Shown here: positions 1-7,868 of the stretch, piece by piece
How the letters are laid out: each line of letters starts with the position of its first letter
How positions within the stretch are numbered: the stretch's first letter is position 1
DNA from: Mycolicibacterium smegmatis
GTDB lineage: Bacteria; Actinomycetota; Actinomycetes; Mycobacteriales; Mycobacteriaceae
Reading direction: 5' to 3'
NCBI RefSeq assembly: GCF_001457595.1
Contig: NZ_LN831039.1
Span: forward strand, 5,430,001-5,462,000
Length of the DNA stretch: 32,000 nt
Made by a program: the position numbers and the translations under genes
The notes under the pieces: model-generated
The model's input: the letters and a program-made list of their open reading frames with translations, nothing else
Databases searched by the model: none
Told to the model about the DNA's origin: nothing

Positions 1-61
1 TCACCGCGCTCTGGGCAGCGCGCAGCAACTTCTCGCGACGTTCGGCTCGGCTGACGGGCAC
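1..61 (-). CDS. possible 5' end of a minus-strand gene running off the window (N-terminus VPVSRAERREKLLRAAQSAV, regulator-like)
   Basis: GTG at 61..59 opens a frame that stays open to position 1. Only 20 codons are visible and the ORF is not in the track. The competing ATG at 69 gives a 22-aa dead-end ORF. Confidence 0.25.
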   Translation of the reverse strand, partial: MPVSRAERREKLLRAAQSAV

Positions 62-208
62 AGCGCCATGCTGCCAACGATCCGCGACCGGCGCGCGCGT
101 TTTCCTGAACTCCGATGCAGTTTTTATCCAGCTTTTACATCGTGGTTGTCCCGCGCAGCGATAAACTTTCCTGAACTCGAATACAGGACTCGAAGGGAGC
201 GCAACCGC

Positions 209-550
209 ATGCCGACCCTGCTGTCTGCTCGACAACTCCTCATCGCCGCCGCGTTCGCGGCCGCCACGCTGGCTCCCGTTGCCGTGCCGTTCCAGGCCGC
301 CGCCGCGGAATGCCCCAGCGGAGAAGAAGGCGACCTGTACACCGGCACGTGTACGCCGGTTCTGGTCCCCAACTCCCCCGCGCCGGTCGCCATGCCCGCG
401 GCCAACGAGTGCCCGCCCGGTGTCACCGGTGCCGAGTGCCAGCCGTCCACCGGCAACGAGGCAGGCCCGGTCATGCCCCAGCTGCCCGGGCAGGTCGAGC
501 AGACGGGTCCTGAGGAAGAACTCCAGGACGTCGACACACCCGACTACTGA
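209..550 (+). CDS. small secreted Cys/Pro-rich protein (hypothetical)
   Basis: Internal ATG of ORF 68..550 starts MPTLLSARQLLIAAAFAAATLAPVAVPFQAAAA/EC, a Sec-type signal peptide. The mature part has two ECPxG...C modules and an acidic tail. Confidence 0.6.
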   Translation: MPTLLSARQLLIAAAFAAATLAPVAVPFQAAAAECPSGEEGDLYTGTCTPVLVPNSPAPVAMPAANECPPGVTGAECQPSTGNEAGPVMPQLPGQVEQTGPEEELQDVDTPDY

Positions 551-578
551 CGGCCACTTGCCGCCGGTTGCCACGCCG

Positions 579-635
579 CGAAACTGTAGTTGTCGAGCGG
601 TTGTTCGAGTAGTGCGCTCGACAACTACAGTTTCG
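579..635. terminator. long perfect hairpin (21-bp stem, 15-nt loop) between convergent genes; bidirectional terminator or REP-like element
   Basis: cgaaactgtagttgtcgagcg (579-599) is the exact reverse complement of cgctcgacaactacagtttcg (615-635). Confidence 0.6.
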
Positions 636-650
636 GTGGAGCGCTCAGCG

Positions 651-1259
651 CTACAGGCGCGCCAGGCCGACCGCGTGCCGAAGACCGGGAATTCCCAACC
701 ACTTCGGCAACGACACCGCGTCGTCCTTGGAGGTCCACACCCGCGGTGGGTCACTCTTGTCGGTGCGGTCGGCCGGCACCGCGTGACTCATCCGGAACCA
801 CTCCGATCCGGGACGGCATCCGGCGTTGAGGTACAGCCTGGGGTGATCGGCCAGGATCTGCAGGCCCGACCGGATGATGAACATCATGAAGACGATGTTG
901 AAGAAGTGCTGCCATCGCAGCCATGCCGGGAAACCCGTTGTGACAGGCTGGGCATAGCTCGCCGACGTGCCCGGATAGTGCGCGATGAAACTCTGCACCC
1001 AACCGTAGGTGCGTAACTGCATCGCGACCGCGACGATCACCGCCAGCGCGACGAGCGCACCCACGGCGAGCCAGGCGAAACTCACCCAGTGCCTCCCGAT
1101 GCGCACCGACGGCGCGTGCGCGGGCACCTGCGGGATGCCGCCGCAGAATTCGTCGACGTCGACGCGCTGCTGGAAGGTCGGTCGGGGCGAATGGTGGTCG
1201 AGCAGCGCGTGCAGCTGCGCCACGGTCGTCGTGCGGTGAATTCTCGGTGCGCTCGTCAC
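651..1259 (-). CDS. membrane protein resembling the N-terminal transmembrane module of actinobacterial membrane-anchored molybdopterin-dependent oxidoreductases; apparently truncated
   Basis: GTG start at 1259 preceded by AGGAGG at 7-nt spacing. Hydrophobic segments and the motif WQHFFNIVFMMFIIRSGLQILADHPRLY are present. The ORF ends at ...GLPGLRHAVGLARL, where I recall homologues continuing. No Mo-binding domain is present. Confidence 0.65.
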   Translation of the reverse strand: MTSAPRIHRTTTVAQLHALLDHHSPRPTFQQRVDVDEFCGGIPQVPAHAPSVRIGRHWVSFAWLAVGALVALAVIVAVAMQLRTYGWVQSFIAHYPGTSASYAQPVTTGFPAWLRWQHFFNIVFMMFIIRSGLQILADHPRLYLNAGCRPGSEWFRMSHAVPADRTDKSDPPRVWTSKDDAVSLPKWLGIPGLRHAVGLARL

Positions 1260-1353
1260 GTCGCCACCTCCTGACCAACAGATGCTTCATCTGGAGAAAC
1301 GATCTGGGCCTGGGATGTGGCTGGATGACCGCTGAGCGTTCGGCAAAACACCG

Positions 1354-1383
1354 ATGGGCCGGGATCCGCGGATCCCGGCCCAT
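1354..1383 (-). terminator. 30-bp perfect palindrome downstream of amiE (intrinsic terminator candidate)
   Basis: atgggccgggatccgcggatcccggcccat is its own reverse complement. It lies 14 nt past the amiE stop and contains two GGATCC sites. Confidence 0.7.
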
Positions 1384-1396
1384 GGCGTCGTGCGAT

Positions 1397-2644
1397 CTAG
1401 GACGTGACGGCGACCTGCCCCCTATCGACCTTCTGCGGGCCCTTGCCGCCGGGGCGGATGTCGAAGTCGAAGATCTCGGTCGGCAGGAACACCGAACAAC
1501 ATGCGTTCGGGATGTCCACGACGCCGCCGATGCGGCCTTCGATCGGTGAGGTGCCCAGGATCAGGTAGGCCTGCTCGCCGGTGTAGCCCCACTTCTTCAG
1601 GTACTCGATGGCGTTGAGGCACGCGTTGCGGTACGCCATCGTCGCGTCCATGTAGGCGTTGCGATTCTCGGCGTGGTCCACCGAGATGCCGATGAACGTG
1701 AGCCATTCGGAGTAGAGCGGCTCGACGCGGCCCGGCATGAAGATGGGGTTGGTGGTGACGCCGTAGGTTTCCATGCCGCCCTTGATGAGGTCGACGTGCA
1801 TGTCGATGAACCCACCCATCTCGATGGCGCCACAGAAGTTGATCTCGCCGTCGCCCTGTGAGAAGTGCAGGTCGCCGCCGGAGAGCATGGCGCCTTCCAC
1901 GAACACCGGGTAGAAGATCCGGCTGCCCCGGGTGAAGTTCTTGATGTCGTGGTTGCCGCCGTTCTCACGCGGCGGCACGGTGCGGGCGCCGTCGTTGGCG
2001 ATGGCCTGCAGCAGATCACCCGAGGCCGTGCCGCCGAGCGTCCCGTCCACCAGCGGCGGCAGCGCCAGCGGCGGCACGCGGTCCGGATCGGTGGCGATCA
2101 GGGCACGTTCGCGCTCGTTCCATTTCGCGAGCAGATCCGGTGACGGCGCGGTGCCGAACAGCCCCGGGTGGGTGATGCCGGTGTAGCGCACCCCGGGCAC
2201 GTGCCGCGACGTGCACTGCTGACCGTGGAAGTCCCAGATCGCCTTGTAGGCGTCCGGGTAGTAGTCGGTGAGGAACCCGCCGCCGTTCACCTTCGCGAAG
2301 ATGCCTGAATAACCCCAGCCCTCACCGCAGTTCGGTCCGTTGGTCTGCGGCACCGGGCCGATGTCGAGGATGTCGACGATCAGCAGGTCGCCGGGCTCGG
2401 CACCTTCGACCTTGATCGGACCGGACAGCATGTGGCACGGCGCGAGGTCGACGTCACGAACGTCGTTGGCCGAGTCGTTGTTTCCGATCTGGCCGTCGGT
2501 CCACTCCTTGCACTCGATCCGGAACTCACTGCCGGGCTTGACCGTTGCGGCGGCCGGGATGTCGGGATGCCAGCGGTTGTGGCCGGGAACGGCCTGATCC
2601 CGCATGGATTTCGAATGGTCGACGCTGAAAACTACCTCGGGCAT
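1397..2644 (-). CDS. amiE: acetamidase/formamidase family amidase (inducible acetamidase)
   Basis: Begins MPEVVFSVDHSKSMRDQAVPGHNRWHPDIP, typical FmdA/AmdA family, and matches my recollection of M. smegmatis acetamidase. ATG at 2644 is preceded by AAGGGAG. It is the last gene of the amiD-amiS-amiE run. Confidence 0.95.
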   Translation of the reverse strand: MPEVVFSVDHSKSMRDQAVPGHNRWHPDIPAAATVKPGSEFRIECKEWTDGQIGNNDSANDVRDVDLAPCHMLSGPIKVEGAEPGDLLIVDILDIGPVPQTNGPNCGEGWGYSGIFAKVNGGGFLTDYYPDAYKAIWDFHGQQCTSRHVPGVRYTGITHPGLFGTAPSPDLLAKWNERERALIATDPDRVPPLALPPLVDGTLGGTASGDLLQAIANDGARTVPPRENGGNHDIKNFTRGSRIFYPVFVEGAMLSGGDLHFSQGDGEINFCGAIEMGGFIDMHVDLIKGGMETYGVTTNPIFMPGRVEPLYSEWLTFIGISVDHAENRNAYMDATMAYRNACLNAIEYLKKWGYTGEQAYLILGTSPIEGRIGGVVDIPNACCSVFLPTEIFDFDIRPGGKGPQKVDRGQVAVTS

Positions 2645-2660
2645 GTGGACTCCCTTTCTC

Positions 2661-3302
2661 TTATCGGGTGGTGGCCGCGAGCGCGGCCGGTGGAGGGTTG
2701 GTGACTGACGGCGCTGCGAGACGGCGCCCGATGGGGTATGCGAGAACAACTGCGGCAAAACCGATCACGGCGATGACCGCGGCGGGGAGCGGGCCGGTTT
2801 CCCAGTTGCCCGACACGATCAGGAAGGCCGGCACGGCGGCGGTGATCACGCCTTCGGCCACCGCGACGAACCCGACGGCGGGCCCCAGTGCGTCGTGCCC
2901 CAGGCCGAGCAGCAGGAACAGCATGAACCACAGCACTGCCCACAGCAGCCAGATCACCCCGAACGCCGGGTCGGCCTCGGCGGTGAACGCGTGCCACGAG
3001 TAGCCGAGTGCGGCGATCGCGACGAACAGCGAGAACCATCCGAGACCTTCTCCGTCCCAGTCGGTCACGTTGTTGATGGCCACCCACAGGTAGGTGAAGC
3101 CGAACAGGTAGAGCCCGGAGGCCGCGAAGATCACGGCCGCGTCTCCGCCGGACTGCAGGATCAGCACCGTAGGCGTCACCACCTGCAGTCCGCCGACGAA
3201 GAAGTTCAGCGGTGTTGCGCCTCGTGGGCTGATGCGGCCCAGCAGCATCAGCCCGTCGATGATGAGCACCGCACCCACGTAGAAGAGCCCGACGCCACCC
3301 AT
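2661..3302 (-). CDS. amiS: AmiS/UreI family amide/urea channel
   Basis: 213-aa polytopic membrane protein (MGGVGLFYVGAVLIIDGLMLLG...) located between amiD and amiE. Confidence 0.9.
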   Translation of the reverse strand: MGGVGLFYVGAVLIIDGLMLLGRISPRGATPLNFFVGGLQVVTPTVLILQSGGDAAVIFAASGLYLFGFTYLWVAINNVTDWDGEGLGWFSLFVAIAALGYSWHAFTAEADPAFGVIWLLWAVLWFMLFLLLGLGHDALGPAVGFVAVAEGVITAAVPAFLIVSGNWETGPLPAAVIAVIGFAAVVLAYPIGRRLAAPSVTNPPPAALAATTR

Positions 3303-3306
3303 GTCG

Positions 3307-3591
3307 CTAGTACCTCGGCAGACTCGGTAGACCGGGATTGCGGCGCGGGGCCCGCGGGCGGTCCGCGCCTGCGGGAATCGACTTCACCACCGTGGGACTT
3401 TCGGCGCTCGCGGACGCCGCGTCGAATGCGCGGTGATGTCCCGCGGTGAATGTCGTCAGCCCTACCGAACCGAAGACCCGGCGCGCCGGCGTCCGGCACT
3501 CCGGACAGGTCGCCGCCGCATCGCGCTCGGAGATCGCGCAGGTGAGATCGAAGGGACCGCAGTGGGAACAACGGAATGTGTAGGTCGGCAT
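3307..3591 (-). CDS. amiD: FmdB-family zinc-ribbon putative regulator
   Basis: MPTYTFRCSHCGPF...CPECR is the CxxC...CxxC zinc-ribbon signature of the FmdB family. ATG at 3591 follows GGAAAGGGG at 5-nt spacing. The track start at 3597 is a GTG two codons upstream. Confidence 0.85.
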   Translation of the reverse strand: MPTYTFRCSHCGPFDLTCAISERDAAATCPECRTPARRVFGSVGLTTFTAGHHRAFDAASASAESPTVVKSIPAGADRPRAPRRNPGLPSLPRY

Positions 3592-3615
3592 GGTCACCCC
3601 TTTCCATTCACCCGA

Positions 3616-3643
3616 AATATATCCAGATGAAAATAAAAGTCAA
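3616..3643 (-). promoter_or_regulatory. near-consensus SigA-type promoter upstream of amiD-amiS-amiE
   Basis: The minus strand reads TTGACT - 16 nt - TATATT (-35 at 3643..3638, -10 at 3621..3616) in a locally AT-rich tract about 25 nt upstream of the amiD start. Confidence 0.6.
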
Positions 3644-3652
3644 GGGTGAACG

Positions 3653-3669
3653 CCCGCGCCGGGCGCGGG
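3653..3669 (-). terminator. short GC hairpin immediately after amiA stop
   Basis: cccgcgc-cgg-gcgcggg forms a 7-bp GC stem with a 3-nt loop, 4 nt past the amiA stop codon. Confidence 0.45.
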
Positions 3670-3672
3670 TGG

Positions 3673-4101
3673 TTACGAAGTCAAATTCGAGGTGGTGTCG
3701 ACGAGTTCGCGCAACTGGTCGACGTCCAGCCCGCACGATTCAAAAGCCGCACACTCGGCCTCGGCTACCGCGTCCACCAGGCGGTTGCGCAGCGTCCGCC
3801 CCCGCGGGGTCAACGCCACGAGCACCCGCCGGCGGTCATGCAGATCGGCAGTCCGGTAGATGATCCCTTGCGACACAAGGCGATCGACGGTTCTGGTGAG
3901 AGTCGGACCCGTGATCAGCGTGGCCTGCGCGAGATCGCTCATGGGCACGGTGCGCCGTCCGGCCAACTCGTCGAGCACGCGCCAGTCCTCGATCTTGAGC
4001 GACGAGTCCGCGAGCACGCGTTCGATCGCCGACTCCGCGAGGTGGGTCAGACGCACCAACGGCAGCAGGAGGTTGGGGCGGCGCTGCTGTCCGGCGGCCA
4101 T
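3673..4101 (-). CDS. amiA: MarR-family transcriptional regulator
   Basis: 142 aa with a winged-helix core (MSDLAQATLITGPTLTRTVDRLVSQGIIYRTADLHDRRRVLVALTPRG), divergent from amiC. Confidence 0.9.
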   Translation of the reverse strand: MAAGQQRRPNLLLPLVRLTHLAESAIERVLADSSLKIEDWRVLDELAGRRTVPMSDLAQATLITGPTLTRTVDRLVSQGIIYRTADLHDRRRVLVALTPRGRTLRNRLVDAVAEAECAAFESCGLDVDQLRELVDTTSNLTS

Positions 4102-4203
4102 GGTGGGTGTCTCCTCGTGTCGACGGCGGGGTCTGTTCAGAATGAATTATTTCTGCTAGAAAGCTTTGAAGCGCAGACTACACGGGATCGACGGTGATCT
4201 GGA
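4102..4203. promoter_or_regulatory. amiA/amiC divergent control region with AT-rich imperfect palindrome
   Basis: AT-enriched tract ttcagaatgaattatttctgctagaaagctttgaa. ctagaaagctttgaag (4156-4171) is 12/16 self-complementary around an AAAGCTTT core. No transcription start site can be derived from sequence alone. Confidence 0.35.
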
Positions 4204-5277
4204 GTGCAGGACGGCGAGGTTGAGTTCCGCGTCGGGCTGGTGATTCCGCTTCAAGGGCCAGCGGGAATCTTCGCGCCTTCGTGCGAGGCCGTGGCCGAGC
4301 TCGCGGCCAAGGAGGTCAACGACCGAGGCGGCCTGCAGGGCCGCAAGGTCACCATCGAGGTGCTCGACGGCGGAGCGCCCGGCGACGACGTCGCCCGGAC
4401 CGTCGCCGACCGGTTGCGAGGTCACGGTCTCGACGCCGTGACCGGCTGGCACATCTCGGCCGTGCGCAACCGCATCTCCCCGGTGGTCCGCGACCGCATC
4501 CCGTACGTCTACACCTCGTTGTACGAGGGCGGTGAACGCACACCGGGCGTGTTCTGCACAGGCGAGACACCGCAGATCCAGATCGCGCCCGCGCTCGCCT
4601 GGCTGCGCGACCACTTCGGCATCCGGTCCTGGTGCCTGGTCGGCGATGACTACATCTGGCCGCGCCGTTCCGCCGCGGCCGCCCGCGCGTACTGCCGAGA
4701 TCTGGACCTCGAGCTCAGACGGGAGATCTACGTCCCGTACGGCACCGACGATTTCCGCGCACCTGTCCGCAAGGCCATCGCGTCGGGGGCGCAGGCCGTG
4801 TTGATGCTGCTCGTCGGCCAGGACGCCGTGTTGTTCAACCGCGAGTTCGCGCGCGCCGGCGGGCACGACCGCATGGCGCGGTTCAGCCCGCTGATGGAGG
4901 AGAACATGCTGCTGGCCAGCGGCGCCGGCTCCACCGAAAACCTCTATGTCGCCGCGGCGTACTTCAGTTCACTGGCCACCGCGGGTGCCATGGACCTGAT
5001 GGGCAGCTACGTCGCCCGCTACGGCGCCGACGCGCCACCGCTCAACGCGATGGCCGAATCCTGTTACGAGGGTCTGCTTGCGCTCGAGGCCATCTTCCAG
5101 CGGGCCCACTCCCCCGAGATACCGGACCTGATGGCATCCGCGCACGATGTCGGGTTCGACGGGCCCCGGGGCCCGATGTGTATGCGCGACAGTCAATTCG
5201 ACCAGCAGGTCTACATCGCCAGCGCCGACGGCTACGACTTCGACATCCTCGACACGCTGACGACGCTCGACGCTTGA
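4204..5277 (+). CDS. amiC: AmiC-like periplasmic-binding-protein-fold amide sensor/regulator
   Basis: GTG start. FRVGLVIPLQGPAGIFAPSCEAVAELAAKEVNDRGGLQGRKV is a typical type-I PBP / AmiC N-terminus. It sits next to the amidase operon. Confidence 0.9.
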   Translation: MQDGEVEFRVGLVIPLQGPAGIFAPSCEAVAELAAKEVNDRGGLQGRKVTIEVLDGGAPGDDVARTVADRLRGHGLDAVTGWHISAVRNRISPVVRDRIPYVYTSLYEGGERTPGVFCTGETPQIQIAPALAWLRDHFGIRSWCLVGDDYIWPRRSAAAARAYCRDLDLELRREIYVPYGTDDFRAPVRKAIASGAQAVLMLLVGQDAVLFNREFARAGGHDRMARFSPLMEENMLLASGAGSTENLYVAAAYFSSLATAGAMDLMGSYVARYGADAPPLNAMAESCYEGLLALEAIFQRAHSPEIPDLMASAHDVGFDGPRGPMCMRDSQFDQQVYIASADGYDFDILDTLTTLDA

Positions 5278-5284
5278 GACCGCG

Positions 5285-5890
5285 TCACTTCCCCATCCCC
5301 ACCGCCATGAGTACGACTTCGGTGAGGCGGTCGAGATAGTCGTCGTCGGCCGTCGTCTGGAGGATCGACTGCCGCCAGTAAAGCGCGCCGGCCAGGACGT
5401 CGAGCGCGACGTCGATATCGGCGTCGGGAGCGATCTCGCCGCGTTCGATGGCACGCTCGAAGATGTGAGATCCCCTGCCACGCCGTGGTTCCCGGATCAG
5501 ATCCGTCAGCAGGGCGCCGTACTCGGGATCCCGGACCGCTTCTGCGATCAAATCGGGAATGATCTTGCGCGCCAGGCGGTGTGTAAGCGCCTCCCTGCCG
5601 TTGCGGAGGTATTCGCGGATGTCGCCGCGCAGCGACCCGGTGTCGGGCACGTCGATCGCGGTGACGGCGACCTTGGCGACCAGATCGGCGGCCAGCGCCT
5701 GTTTCGACCGCCAACGGCGGTAGATCGCGGCCTTGCCCACGCCGGCACGCCGGGCCACCGCGTCGACCGACAGCCGGCCGTAACCCACGGCGGCCAGTTC
5801 TTCGAAGAACGCCTTCTCGATGGCGGTGGTGACGTCGTCGAGCAGCACCGGACCGCCGGAGGTGCGTCGCGGTGCGGATTTCTCGGCCAC
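5285..5890 (-). CDS. TetR/AcrR-family transcriptional regulator
   Basis: HTH segment LSVDAVARRAGVGKAAIYRRWRSKQAL; divergent from the hydrolase gene. Confidence 0.9.
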   Translation of the reverse strand: MAEKSAPRRTSGGPVLLDDVTTAIEKAFFEELAAVGYGRLSVDAVARRAGVGKAAIYRRWRSKQALAADLVAKVAVTAIDVPDTGSLRGDIREYLRNGREALTHRLARKIIPDLIAEAVRDPEYGALLTDLIREPRRGRGSHIFERAIERGEIAPDADIDVALDVLAGALYWRQSILQTTADDDYLDRLTEVVLMAVGMGK

Positions 5891-5906
5891 GCGGCGATCC
5901 TATAAG

Positions 5907-5926
5907 ACGGAACGGTTGCGTTCCGT
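5907..5926. promoter_or_regulatory. candidate TetR operator: ACGGAACG-n4-CGTTCCGT
   Basis: Perfect 8-bp inverted arms separated by gttg, in the TetR/hydrolase divergent intergenic region. An extra half-site GTTCCGT lies at 5961-5967. Confidence 0.5.
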
Positions 5927-5984
5927 TGAGCGCGCGCGCATACTCAATCGAGACGATGCAGTTCCGTTTCGTTAAGGAGTGGTG

Positions 5985-7181
5985 ATGAAGTTCCTGTTCG
6001 ACGACGAATCCTTCTCGTTCGAGACTCTGCGGGCGGCCGGATACGCCAACTACGGCGGCGCTGACCTGGGCGATGTCCTGGTCACGGCCCGGGCCATCCC
6101 CGAGGGTGACGAGCAAGCCTGGTTCCGGGAGTGGAAGGCCACAGCCGAACGCGTCGAGGCGCTGGGCCGCCGGTCGCAGGCGGCCGGTCACACGGTGAGC
6201 GCACGGGAGGCGCTGCTGCGGGCTTCGAACTACTACCGCACCGCGGAGTTCTACCGTCGCGAAAACCCCTGGGAGGATGCCGAAGCCCTGGAGACGTTCA
6301 ATCGATCCCGCACCACGTTCCTCGACGCGATGGCGTTGTTCGACTTCGGATTCGAGCGCGTGGCAATACCGTACGAGGACACCACCCTGCCCGGATACCT
6401 CTACCTGGTGGACGACCGCCCGCGGCCGACCGTGATCTTCAACGGCGGGTACGACTCAACCCTCGAAGAGTCCTACGTCGCGCTGGCCGCGGCCGCCCTG
6501 GCGCGCGGGTACCACGTGCTGGCTTTCGACGGCCCCGGACAGGGTGCGGCGCTGCGCGAGCAGCGGTTGACCTTCCGCCACGACTGGGAGGCGGTGCTGA
6601 CACCGGTGGTGGACTTCGCGCTCACCCGATCCGAGATCGCGCCCGATGCGATCACGGTGTTCGGCTACAGCATGGGAGGTTTCCTGGTGGCACGAGCGGC
6701 CGCCTTCGAAGACCGCTTCGCCGCCGTCGTCGTCGACGACGGGATCTACGACTTCCACTCGGCCATGGCCAAGGTCATGCCGCCGTTCCTCGCCGAATGG
6801 GTCGAGCAGGGCAACGACGACGACGCGAATGCCGTTTTCAGACTGATGATGTCGACCGGCACGGGCCTTCGATGGATCATGCAGAACGGCATGTGGAACT
6901 TCGGGCTCGACTCCCCCGCCGCACTGGCGCGGGCTTTCCGCGCCTACACGTTGGACGGCATCGCCGACCGGATCACCGCCCCGGTACTCGTGCTCGACGC
7001 CGAGAACGACCAGTTCTTCGACCACGAACCCGAGCGGGCTGCCGCGGCGATGGTCAACGCGAAGACCACCCTGGTGACGCTCTACGAAGCCGACGGCGCA
7101 GGCGAACACTGCCACCTCGGCGCAGTGCACCGAGCGCATCAGGTCGTGTTCGACTGGCTCGACGAAATCGTCGGCGGGTAA
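5985..7181 (+). CDS. alpha/beta-fold hydrolase
   Basis: Nucleophile elbow FGYSMGGF. ATG at 5985 sits 5 nt after AAGGAG; the track start at 5979 is a GTG two codons upstream. Confidence 0.9.
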   Translation: MKFLFDDESFSFETLRAAGYANYGGADLGDVLVTARAIPEGDEQAWFREWKATAERVEALGRRSQAAGHTVSAREALLRASNYYRTAEFYRRENPWEDAEALETFNRSRTTFLDAMALFDFGFERVAIPYEDTTLPGYLYLVDDRPRPTVIFNGGYDSTLEESYVALAAAALARGYHVLAFDGPGQGAALREQRLTFRHDWEAVLTPVVDFALTRSEIAPDAITVFGYSMGGFLVARAAAFEDRFAAVVVDDGIYDFHSAMAKVMPPFLAEWVEQGNDDDANAVFRLMMSTGTGLRWIMQNGMWNFGLDSPAALARAFRAYTLDGIADRITAPVLVLDAENDQFFDHEPERAAAAMVNAKTTLVTLYEADGAGEHCHLGAVHRAHQVVFDWLDEIVGG

Positions 7182-7188
7182 CCGAGGT

Positions 7189-7518
7189 TCAGGGACGTCC
7201 GCGCTTGGGTGTCTGTCCGGCCACGCCGTGGCGCAGCGGCGTGTTCGCCTCTGCCGCGGTGGATTCCTGCACCTGCGACCCGCCCGCTGTCGACTCGGTG
7301 TCAGGGGCGCGTTGCGGGTCGCCGGACGATGGCTCGGCACCGTCCTCCAGTTCCCGCATACGGGCCTCCACGATCTCCAGAACCGGCACCCGCGCGGCAT
7401 GCCCGGCCTCATAGGTCAAGATCGCCTCGACCTGATCCTTGGACAACGACCGCACCTTGTGCTGGATGTCGCCCAGCGCCATCTCGTCGTAATTCGGCAG
7501 GGGCAGTTCGGCGGACAT
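7189..7518 (-). CDS. conserved hypothetical protein (structured N-terminal half, disordered Ser/Thr/Pro/Glu-rich basic-ended tail)
   Basis: ATG at 7518 lies 5 nt after GAGGAG, which is formed by the last two Glu codons of the upstream gene. N-terminus: LPLPNYDEMALGDIQHKVRSLSKDQVEAILTYEAGHAARVPVLEIVEARMRELE. Confidence 0.7.
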   Translation of the reverse strand: MSAELPLPNYDEMALGDIQHKVRSLSKDQVEAILTYEAGHAARVPVLEIVEARMRELEDGAEPSSGDPQRAPDTESTAGGSQVQESTAAEANTPLRHGVAGQTPKRGRP

Positions 7519-7520
7519 GT

Positions 7521-7868
7521 TCACTCCTCGACCACGGTGTAGAGCGATTCGCCGTCCTCAGGCGCGCCGTCGACCTGACCGCGGTGGCGGCCTGCGCCCT
7601 CGGCGCGTTCGGTGTCCGCATCCGGAGTGCCGACCGCGTCGGTCACGTCGGGTTCCTCGGCGGCCAGCCGGTCGTCGAGGGACTCGCCCTCGCGCTCCTC
7701 TTCGGCGGTCATGCCGTGCTTGTCCGCTGCGCTCCAGTCGTCGGGCGGGTCGACGACCTCGTCGCCGTCGTCGTTGAGCACATCGTCGGAATCAGTGGAT
7801 TCCATGGGGCTCAGCATGTCGTCGGCGCCGCCCAGATCGTTGGCGCTCACGCTGTCATCGGTGCTCAT
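7521..7868 (-). CDS. highly acidic hypothetical protein (DUF5709-like by composition)
   Basis: ATG at 7868 lies 5 nt after AGGAGA. The 115-aa protein is dominated by D/E. Its stop codon is 2 nt from the next start, so the two genes are probably translationally coupled. Confidence 0.7.
   Translation of the reverse strand: MSTDDSVSANDLGGADDMLSPMESTDSDDVLNDDGDEVVDPPDDWSAADKHGMTAEEEREGESLDDRLAAEEPDVTDAVGTPDADTERAEGAGRHRGQVDGAPEDGESLYTVVEE

Noticed and set aside
1-69. 22-codon minus-strand ORF from ATG 69 to the stop at 1-3
   Set aside because: Too short and Cys/Arg-rich with no RBS. The alternative GTG frame that stays open to the window edge is more plausible, and even that is weak.
6131-7414. 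427-aa plus-strand ORF overlapping the alpha/beta hydrolase in another frame, and the 318-aa minus ORF 6456..7412
   Set aside because: Arg/Pro/Gly-rich out-of-frame reads of a real gene with no motifs. They also run across a convergent gene boundary.
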